A stretch of 64,000 nt of DNA from Octopus vulgaris (taxonomy: Eukaryota). Positions within the stretch are counted from its first letter, which is position 1. Each line of letters opens with the position of its first letter. The translations under genes and the position numbers were made by a program. Positions 13,626 through 24,000 of the stretch are shown in pieces. The stretch spans positions 32,798,001 through 32,862,000 of the forward strand of contig OX597815.1 in NCBI GenBank assembly GCA_951406725.2, in the 5' to 3' direction. The notes under the pieces were generated by a model. The model was not told where the DNA came from. It was given only the letters and a program-made list of their open reading frames with translations, and made no database searches.

Positions 13626-14324
13626 CATTCACTGATCCCACTTAAATGAGTTATTCATGTTTAAAAGGATTCCCAGTTTGATTAACACCTTAAACTAGTG
13701 TTTCTTTGATTTTTGTCTTTCTCATAAATTAAAAAAAAGAAACACAAGGTAAATACATATTTTTAAACTGACATAATTAAGTTTGAATTAATTAGTTTCA
13801 ATAAACAAAGTAAAGTTTTACAGTCTCATTCATCTGCAGTTATCATTCCAAAATTATTTAGAGCTGAAATCTTTTTCTTTTTCCTGGTTTCTGTCAGTCA
13901 GTCATCTCTGATACTTAGACAATTCTTATATGCTTCCCACCTTAGGTTAAAGCTTTGTTTTTACCTGGAATTCTATTATTTTCAAAGAAATAGTGCTTCA
14001 AGTGAAAGTGAAAATTATTTTTCACTGCAATGTGTAGCATCATAGCTAAATTATGCAAAGCTCTGGGACTATTGATTCCTGGAATTACATTGTTTCAGCT
14101 GATGCAATGGATTTTTGAATAAGACGCTTGATTCTGTTATCCTTAATTATTCATGTTTATTTTTTTATGCCATAAATTTTGCAAAAAAAAAAAAAAAATT
14201 TAAGTAAGTGAAAAGTTATATTAAGATATTGTTATGTAAGATCTGTTATAAACTGTTTAAAATTGTTATTTTTTTTAAATTGTGAAAAGATAAATACAAC
14301 AGTCCTATGCAATTTTATTTTCAG

Positions 14325-14786
14325 GTCAAAAGCAAAGTAAAGCAAAAGATGTAAATGGAGAAAATGAGACACAGTCAAGGGATTACTTAGAAAGATCTTC
14401 AAAACGCTCTTCTAATCGTTCTATAGGCTCTGCAAGCAGAGAAACTACTCCGGCAAATGAACAGCCAGCTAAAGCATTTCCAGCCACTGATCCTAATAAT
14501 GATTTAGCCAAAGACAAATCATTATCAGGCGTGGAGACTGAGCAAATTATATCCCCTGTTAAGTTACAAAAAGAGGAAACCGTTTGTGATAAACAATCAC
14601 AGAAATCCGATCCTCATGAATCCACTCCCCACCCCAAGTCAGAATCCCAGCCTAATTTTGATCATTCTGTTCCTCTAACTCCTCTAATAGTCAATGACAT
14701 TGAAAACAACCATATATCAAAGCCACGGGCAGCTTCTACTCCTGCAACTGCAAATGGTATGATGGAAGGAACAACTCCACCACTCA
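14325..14786 (+). CDS. Internal coding exon (462 nt, phase 1-1) of a large host gene; Ser/Pro/Glu/Lys-rich, low-complexity protein segment
   Basis: Acceptor ttttattttcag|GT at 14324/14325 and donor CTCA|gtaagt at 14786/14787. The frame is open throughout (QKQSKAKDVNGENETQSRDYLERSSKRSS...GMMEGTTPPL) and is the same frame as track ORF 14531..14815. Composition differs from the flanking intron. Confidence 0.85.
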
Positions 14787-15089
14787 GTAAGTATATCACT
14801 TCTAACCCTCATTAACATCATCATGTAACTTATTTTCATACATTCAGTGCGGGAGTTCTTTGAATGGGCGTGTCTTTTAATCTCTTGCCAGTTATTCTCT
14901 CCTTAGTTCCTTTCTCTCTCTTCCTAACCCACTTGGTTTTCATTATTTTCCATTTTTTCTTATATTTTCTCACTTAATTTTCACAAGTAATTCTCTCGAC
15001 ATAATAGTCCTTCCTTAATCTTATTCTTGTGATTAGTACTTAATGTTTTTTTTATTTCCCTGTCCTCTTGTACATTGAACTTCAATAAT

Positions 15090-15457
15090 ATATGCCCCAA
15101 CCAATTTTTTGACTGAAGTGATTCTTGATTCTCTTCCATCATCATCATCATCATCATCATCGTTTAACGTCCGCTTTCCATGCTAGCATGGATTGGACAG
15201 TTCGACTGGGGTCTGGGAAGCCAGGAGGCTGCATCAGGTCCAGTCTGATCTAGCAGTGTTTCTGGGCATCCAGCTGTAGAAACATTGCCAGATCAGACTG
15301 GGCCTGGTGCAGCCTCCTGGCTTCCCAGACTCCAGTCGAACCGTCCAATCCATGCTAGCATGAAAAGCAAGCGTTAAACGATGATGATGATGATGATGGA
15401 GCAGTTGTTGGTAGAGAATCAAGAATCATTTCAGTCAAAAAATTGGTTGGGGCATAT
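15090..15457. repeat. Fold-back inverted duplication (about 175-bp arms, 14-nt spacer) of a family A SINE plus its flank
   Basis: 15090-15263 is the reverse complement of 15278-15457, including the non-SINE sequence atatgccccaaccaatttttt. Confidence 0.92.
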
Positions 15458-16202
15458 GACCGATTACAGGGATCTATTGATAAAGGTACAATTTAACCTC
15501 TGAATTAGTATAACCTTAACAACTACTGTCAAAAACAAATGTATTCAATGATATATTTGTGTGTTATCTATTATGCTACTGGATTAAATTCTGTGTTATG
15601 AATTGAAGTGCTGAAAGTTAATAGGACAAGTCCAACTGGCATATCTCTATTGTAAACCAACTAACTAACTCCTCCCAGTTTAAATGATAAGTCAGGCTAT
15701 TTGCAAACCTCTCACCCCACAGAACTTTCAGAAAAGCACTATTGTTTGTAAAAAGAAAGGCCTTTTTGGTATGTCAAAAAAATAGGAAACATGTGTATGA
15801 GTATGTATGTGTGTGCGTTATCAGGAGTTTTGTTCTCTGTTCCAGTAGGATATAAATGGTGGTGGTGTGTGATTTATTGTGTCTGCAGTGAAATAGTATG
15901 AAACAGTAAAGTGAATATGATATGACCCAAGAAGAGGGGCAAAGCTTTTGAAGAAAAGTTAACACAAATAAGAACCACAATGGTCGAGTGGTGAATTGCT
16001 GGATCATTGAGCTGACTTTTATGATTTCAAATGATGTTTCTGATAGCTGATAGCAATGATTGTAGAGCTTCATTCACTGAGATAGGTAACTCATGTTAAA
16101 CTATATTGAATTTGGCAAAGAATGCCGTTTTAGCAGGCAAGCTGAATCTAGACTTATTGTATACGTGTGCACATGGTGTGCTCTCTCTTCTCTCTCTCTC
16201 TT

Positions 16203-16240
<38 letters not shown>

Positions 16241-16698
16241 TCTTCAAAATACCCTAAGAGTACATTTGCACTCAAGCTTCATATTTTCTTTACAAGTATC
16301 CATTTTCTAGCATCTTTGGTGGGTGTGATGACTTTTGGTTGGGTGTGTAGTAGAGTGTATAATGGTCTCAAATATATTGCAGGATGCTTAATGGCATGTA
16401 TATATGTAGAGTGGTGTGTGTTGTTGTTCAGCCTTTTGTCAGCCCTATTGAGCAAACCTATGATGAAAGTGATCCCAACCATGGCCATCCTTATCCAATG
16501 TGCTTCTTCCTTTTTTTTTTCCATAAGATTGTGGAGCATAGTATTTAAGTTTAGTGATCACATAAAAGCCTTGTCATTGGTTTGTAGTGGTGCACGTGTT
16601 GTAGGTGGTATAGTAGTGTATGTAATGGTATATATGTAGTTTTGTATATGTAGTGGTGTATACAGTAGTGCATATATAGTTGTGTGTAGAATAGAGTA

Positions 16699-17993
16699 CG
16701 AGGGGCGTTCAATAAGTAATGCTTCTGACCCACTTGCAGTTATTTGATCTAGCTGAAATTTTGCATGTACAATTATTTATATCTTTATAGATTAAGTGGC
16801 AAATTACAGCACTGGACTAATTGTGGTTTCTGATTTACAAGTGTTTGAACTGAGTCAAGTGTGAAATGGAGCCTGTTGAGTGTCGAGCAGTGATCCGGTT
16901 TTTGTATTTGAAAGAACGCACACCACGGGAGACTTTTGATGAAATGAAAGTAACTTATAGTGATGATGCCCCATCATATGACCTTGTAAAACGCTGGCAT
17001 CGTGAATTCAAACATGGTCGGAACTCTGTGGAAACAGCTCCCAGATCTGGTCGCCCCCTTCTGCCATTGATGAGGCATCTCTCCGTCATGTTGAGGCTGC
17101 CATTTTGGAAGATCGACGCATAACTATTCGCCAAATAGCCCATGAGGTCAAGATTAGTACCGGGTCTGTGGAAACTATCATTCATGACCATTTGCATATG
17201 CAAAAGGTGTCTGCCAGATGGATTCCCAGGTTGCTCACATCTTTCCAGAAGCAAGAAGAACGTGTCGATTGCTCGAGGATGAATTTGGAGATGTGCCAAG
17301 AAGATGAGTCAAAATTTTTCAAAAGACAGATTACACAGGATGAAACCTGGGTCCATCACTATGATCCAGAGACCAAAGCCCAGTCAATGCAGTGGACACA
17401 CCGTGACTCACCTCCTCCAAAGAAGGCAAGGGTGCAGCCTTCTGCTGGCAAGGTCATGCTCACGGTCTTCTGGGACCAGGACGGAGTACTGATGACAGAT
17501 TTCCTGGCAAAGGGTGCCACAATTACAGGAGCCTATTATGCTTCACTTTTGAGGAAATTAAGAGAAGCTATCAAAATCAAGAGGCGGGGCAAGATCAGCA
17601 AAGGCATCCTCCTCTTGCAGGACAACGCTCCGGTTCACAACTCGCGTGTCGCCAGATCAGAAACACAGGCGTGCAGCTATGAACTCATCCCCCATCCCCC
17701 CTACTCTCCTGACCTTGCACCCTCTGATTTTCACTTCTTCCCAGCCATGAAGTTGTTTTTGAAAGGAAAGCGTTTCCCAGATGATGCAGCCTTGATTTCT
17801 GAAGTCACGTCGTGGTTGGAGGACCAAGCTGAGGTCTTCTACAAAAACGGTCTTCAGAGCTGCATCAAACGATGTGAGAAATGCGTAGCTCTGGGTGGTT
17901 CCTATGTAGAAAAAGACTAATAACTGTGCCAAGTTTCATTGCTCTACTGCTATGGGAAGTGGGTCAGGGGCATTACTTATTGAACGCCCCTCA
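16699..17993 (+). mobile_element. Full-length mariner (DD34D) transposon, 1295 bp, probably irritans-like subfamily
   Basis: 37-bp TIRs (cgaggggcgttcaataagtaatgcttctgacccactt, 34/37 match to 17957-17993), TA on both sides, internal transposase. Confidence 0.96.
16866..17920 (+). pseudogene. Mariner transposase of about 351 aa interrupted by one frameshift near 17055
   Basis: N-terminal HTH ORF (16866) plus catalytic ORF (17105-17920) with WIPRLL, ITQDETW, QDNAPVH and YSPDLAPSD. There are 34 residues between the second and third D. Confidence 0.93.
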
Positions 17994-19039
17994 TATTTAT
18001 ATATACTCGTGTGAGTAATAAAGGATGAATATTTGCATGTGTAATAGTGTGTATATAATTATATAGTGGTGTAGGTGGTAGTAGCAGTGTGAATGGTGTA
18101 TGTGTAGTTGTGTTTTAAGTGGTATATGTGAGTATGTTCTTGTATACGTAGTGCTTTATGTGTAATTATGAAGCAAGTGATATATGCGTACTTGTGTGTG
18201 TCTTGGTGTATGTAAGGTTGTATGCAATGTCATTGTGTTTATCTGCTCAGCTAGCTTGTCTACTATTACTAAGATAGCTGCTAAGTATGCCTCTTGGATA
18301 CATCACTTTCACCCGAATTGCCTTTCTTATTGAAGCTGTACCATCATTGAAGGATAGTATCTTTAGACAAGTCACATTACTGACCTGACTTAACCAGGCT
18401 GAAAATAGATACTCCATCAGTTGCTTGACAGAGTGGTTTGCATTAAGGAAAGCATTCAAGTTGAAAAATATTATACAACAACGGTTTCAGCAAATATCTA
18501 TATTAGCAGAAGTTTAACTCGTGTTAGCTTGAAAGAAAGAAGTGAAAGACAATCTAAGTGATGTGATCAAATGGGAAGAATAAAGTATTAAAATGATGTG
18601 AGCAAGTAATGCAAACTGAGTATTAATTTATTGCAGAAATAGTCTGGCTAGCCTAAGCAAGGATTAGAATAAGCTCATAGACAAATCTCTGTGAGATAAA
18701 ATACAAGAATAAAAAAGAGAGTATTCTGCATTCTATATAATCAATTGGTTTAACTAGAAATGAAAGAATATGGATAAGGACAAAGTAAATATTTTACTGT
18801 TTTGTTAACCTATGAATAAAGTAAAATATATTTTATGTCATTTCGCTCTCCAAATAATGTCTTCTACATTATCTCCAAACTGGATAAATCAAATGCTTCA
18901 AAATCAATATTTTCTGGTCTGAAAATAGATTTCTATCATCTTTTTTTCATGCTATAATATTTTATAGAAATGTTTTACAAATTACATTAAAATAAATTAA
19001 ATGTTATCTTTGCTAAGCCAACTAGTTATTACTGTATAT

Positions 19040-19210
19040 TCTCAGGTCAGCCCTTATTGGCAAATTTATGACCAAAGGCATTCTAGCCATGACCAACCTG
19101 TCTTTTTGTATATCAGAGGTCATATTATCCAATATATCTTCCATGTTTTGAGATGTTAGGGTGTAATTTGAGGGAGATTAGGCTGTTGTTTATAGCAGGT
19201 TGAGCAACCA
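19040..19210. repeat. Abundant decayed interspersed repeat family E (also near 8460-8690, 25660-25860, 41430-41640, 44720-44930, 48800-48980, 51330-51560, 55140-55330)
   Basis: Recurrent tatgatcaaaggcattccagc...gtgatttgagggagatttggctgctatttctagcagg motif. Confidence 0.65.
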
Positions 19211-19872
19211 AAATCTGAAATTTTTCTATGAGCTTATTTTAAGTATATATGTGGTTGGCCAATCTTTTGCTTGGTTTTAATGATCTTGTTTAGGTGAATA
19301 GGTCCAGAATTTTATAAGATTGCTTGCTAGAGTGACCTGACAAGACTGAATAGCTCAAAGTTCTTTGTATTAACTGACAAACAAGTCGAAAGAAATTGAT
19401 TAGCGTCCTATTCAAGACTATTCAGTCTAAAGTGGATGCAATTATACACACCTTTCTTGGGTCAATAATTACAAATAATTTCTCTTATTGTAATGTTTCT
19501 AGTTTCCTGCTAAGTTGATATCAGATAGCTTCCTGCCATTGTTAAATAGCTGTACTTAGTAGCTTGTTTTGACCTTGAGAATGCAGATGCAGCTCTGCAT
19601 TTTTGGTTGGAATAATATCAAAAACTATATAAAGCTATGTAAAGTTACAATACTGGAATTAAGTGCACATGTCAATATTAGAATTAATTTTCACTAGTTT
19701 GCACCACAAATTCATACATTAGAGGCTCTTAATGAAACATTCTCAAGGAGTTGGTGAGTCTCTATTCTCTGTTACTATTCTCCAGGTTGTCAAATCATCC
19801 CTCTGAATGACCTTAGAGAAGAAACACTTGTTGGTAATCTCCAGTATGCAGTAGTTGTGTGGAATGAGAGAA

Positions 19873-19906
<34 letters not shown>

Positions 19907-20097
19907 CTGTAAATGATGCAGAGGTGGAAATCCATGCCACCGTCTGAAGAGATGGTGGCGTGGATTTCCACCTCGGCATCCGAAACTCGGAGTTTTATCT
20001 TGGCTACCGAATAATTGTCATGTATTACATTTACAGATAAATTCCTCTATATAATATCGAGGTCTCTTTCCTTCTTTTGTTATCTTACTGTTTTTAT

Positions 20098-20099
<2 letters not shown>
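19907..20099 (+). mobile_element. Short Penelope-LTR-like element with hammerhead-like core and partial inverted duplication, between (TA)n tracts
   Basis: CTGAAGA (19944-19950), stem GATG..CATC, then GAAAC-TCGGA-GTT (19982-19994). A 31-bp hairpin spans 19915-19980. Confidence 0.6.
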
Positions 20100-20132
<33 letters not shown>

Positions 20133-20135
<3 letters not shown>

Positions 20136-21010
20136 GGTCAGGCAAAATGATCTGACACATTTGTAGGTTAAATAAAAGGCAAATGAAGTAAAGAAACAAA
20201 AAAGTGTTTTTATTTTTGAAAAGTACATATAATGCCATTTTGTTTCATTATGTTTTAAAAATTAAATCAGTCAAATGGGATCCATTATTGTCCACACACT
20301 GTCGAAGGCGTTCACGAAAGTTGTCAATAACTCGGCGGGTCATTTCATGTGGAATGGCAGTAATTTCTTGACGAATTGCATCTTTAAGTTGTTCAATAGA
20401 TTGAGGGCGATTAATGTATACTTGATGTATCCCCAGAGAAAAAAATCGCACGGATTTAAATCAAGTGAACGGGATGCCAACCGATGTCACCACGCAATGA
20501 GATCAAATGACCAGGGAACATATTCCTCAAAATCCCCATCGCACGTCGAGAAGTGTGGGCTGTTACTCCATCCTGTTGAAACTAAACATTGTCCATATCG
20601 TGGAGCATATTCAATTTTGGTCTGAGAAAAGTCTCTAGCAACTCACAATATCGATCAGAGTTCACAGTCACTGTAACGTTGTCTTCTTCGAAGAAGTACA
20701 GACCCCACACACCGAATTCTGCCACAGCACACCATACAGTCACCTGAGGACAATGCAAAGGGCGTTCATGCAACTCACGAGGGTTGTTCTTGGCCCAGTA
20801 TCTGAAGTTTTGCTTATTCACTGTGCCACACACACCTTCGACAGTGTGTGGACAATAATGGATCCCATTTGACTGATTTAATTTTTAAAACATAATGAAA
20901 CAAAATGGCATTATATGTACTTTTCAAAAATAAAAACACTTTTTTGTTTCTTTACTTCATTTGCCTTTTATTTAACCTACAAATGTGTCAGATCATTTTG
21001 CCTGACCCTG
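20133..21010 (-). mobile_element. Non-autonomous DD41D (rosa/Visitor-type) Tc1/mariner derivative with 176-bp inverted termini
   Basis: 20133-20308 is the reverse complement of 20835-21010, with (TA)n on both sides. The minus-strand remnant reads VNKQNFRYWA..VTVWCAV..*FQQDGVTAHT..W(P)SRSLDLNPCDFFLWGY, giving 41 residues between the two Ds after repairing one frameshift. Confidence 0.92.
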
Positions 21011-24000
21011 TATATATATATATATATATAAAGTGCATCTGTTAATCTTTATCAAGTTATATATATCTTGGTAACTTTCTTTCCAACCAGTTAAATGCGT
21101 TTTACTTATCACATTCTCTTAATAACTATGTGTTTTAGATCACATTAGCATATCTGTGTTGTGGGTTTTGGTGTGAAAGACCTGTGATATAATTTCTTTT
21201 CAATTTTATACTTTTTATATCATTTTTGTATCATGTTAATGGTTTAAGAATTCAGCTCTACACATCCCTACTTTTTGCAAGAAGTTTATTAAATTAATTT
21301 AAACTTTCTAGGTTGTTACATTATATTTGTTTATGCCACATTTTAGTAGCTCTGTTGTCAAACCATATTCAAATGTGCCATTACTAAACAGATACATATA
21401 TTGTGTTTCAAGCTGGTATTTTAAACGCAGCTTAAAAGGGTCTTATATACAGGTTAGTACGTAAAGCTATGGTAGTATTTTACCTACTGTGATACCTACA
21501 TTCATGGTTTGGTTGTCACCTGAAGAAGACATCATCAGTGATCTAAGTATATTGTTGATGGAAGAAACATGAAATTTATGCAATTGAAAAGTGATACCTT
21601 TTGAGCATCAATAGTGCCAGACATTTTTACCATTACTTCATTATTTCTTCACATAGTTTTATTTTTAAGTGTCTCTCAATGTTCTAATTTCAAATGCTTC
21701 CAAAGGCTGGCTTTAAGGTGGTGGTTCTCAAATTCACAAAGCCCAGCATTCCCAACAAATGTTGATGGAATCTTTTGTCTTCTTCCTTCTTTATTAATAT
21801 AAAAACAAAATAAAGCTTGCAGTTATGTAATTCTTCTATCTTTGCTATGGTGCTGCACTAGTTTTATGAAGTTAAAATCTATCTCATTTACTAAACATGG
21901 TAAGCAATTCATCTGTTCTCTCCTAGAGGGACCTGCATTCTTCCTATGAGAAACATTGCTTTAAGGAATAATTAAAACCAGTTATATACTGATACCTGAT
22001 TTTATCAACTCTATTCAACTCTCCCAAACAAAATATTAAATTTGTACTTGTATAGAAAAAAAAATTGATGTATGTTCAAGTCTTTTAAAATTGAGTGTTA
22101 AGCATTACTTAAGATTTTAAAAAAGTATAAAAAGTATATAACCTTCTTAAATTGTAATCTCTTCAACTCACCTTGAAATATTGTTTAAAGTAATTAACCT
22201 GTATGCATGCATGTGCACTTGTACACACACACACACACACATATATACACGCATGCTTACACATACACACACACACACACACACACAAACACACATACAC
22301 ACACAATACAATTATATGCATATGTATAGTTATTTCTATCTGAGGGTGAATAGCTTAGTTTTTATCATTATATTAGAATGTATAATCACTTTTCACTGTT
22401 ATCTGTCCTCTGTATCTGAATTTTTGCATATTTTCTCCTCAATGCCGGTTACTAACTAGTAGCATATATTGAAAGAGCATGTGGCATATAATTTTTTTAC
22501 CTTATTACTAAGGTACTTATCAATGAAACCCAGTGCACTCATTCCTAGCTTACATTTTCTGTCCTCCCTCTACCTTTACTCCTACCTGTGTTTTGAGTTA
22601 CTTGATAGTTTGACAGAAATCCAACCCATTTCATAAATAGTTAGAAGTCTCATTACCACTGTGATTACAAAGCTCTCTGGCTTTACACTGTTTGGCCTCT
22701 TTCTCATACACAGTATTTCCTCTCCTACTATCTTTGGTGATAGAGTTCATTTAATGCTTTACTGTGAGGAATACATTTACTGTAAGGCTGATGAGAAATC
22801 CTTTTAAATCACCTCAGATGACAGGTAAATATTTCAATATCTAAACTCTGTATTTAGGTTTAGATTTCTTTTCCATTTCTCAATGTATTTAAATTACATT
22901 ACATGGCTAGATTAACCAACAAACATTTATTTCTGTCTGTTTACCTGTTGCCAGAATAGTGATCTGTATAAAACATTTTCTCAAAATAATCTTGTACTAT
23001 AAAAGGAAAATTTAGGCTGTTGAAATATTTTGTCTGTTTCGTTTGGAGTACAGTAGCGTCTTTAAATGCTTCACTATTTGTGTTCACACACGTGCATCTA
23101 ACGTGTGCGCCTGTATTTAAGTCAGCCACCCCTCCCCCCTTACGTTCTTCTTCATAATTATTTATTAAAAAATACTGAAATATTTTCTACATTCTTCTAT
23201 CCAGAGTAACTTTCTCTTGTTTTATGTACAGAAGAGTTCTTCCTTTATACATAAATATAAAAGAAATAAGATCAAAAACTAAAACAGATAGTAATGTAGT
23301 ATTGTTGCTATAACATTCCAACTGAATGTTATCAACATTCTTTTTGGGATAGAAGCTTCTCAGCACATCTTTGGTACTTGAATTTATTCACAAATAGCTT
23401 TAGTCTCAATTGGGTCAACTGTATATACCAGTATGAAAATACAACTAGTTTATGCTTTATGATTACTATATCTGCAACCATTATTTTGAAAAGCAGAATA
23501 GGCAAGTCCTGGACAATATGCCTTGCTGTATTTATACCATTTATACCCTTTATACCATTTTGACTTTATCTTTCATCTTTCTAAGTTTGATTAGTACCAG
23601 TAATAAAATAGGGTTGGTTAAATTGACTACACCTCTTTCCAGAAATTAATGGCCTTGTGCCAGTGTTTGAAATCCTCTTTTGAAAAGCTCAACTCAAACT
23701 CTGTTCCACCCTGTCTATATATATTCTGCCAGACAGAATTCTTGTTTGCAGATATTTACATGGTAATCTTCCACCTTGTTTTCAATTTTCATATTTGTTT
23801 TCTGAAAAAAGAACATCCTGTTTAAAGAAATAAACCTCTCATTTACCTTTCTGCACTTGTTTTTCTATCACTGGAAAGAAATGAAATCTAAATTAAATTC
23901 TTATTCGTTTTCTAACTCTGTTAATAATATGGCAGTTCACATAGCTTAAAGTAAATTTTATCAGACCAGTTTGTCCAATTCCTGTATTGCTGTTGGCATA

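Noticed and set aside
16106-16639. 177-aa ORF with hydrophobic stretches
   Set aside because: It starts at TTG, runs through (CT)n/(CA)n and a decayed repeat, and has no splice or family support.
16955-17932. Antisense ORFs within the mariner
   Set aside because: They are shadow frames of the transposase.
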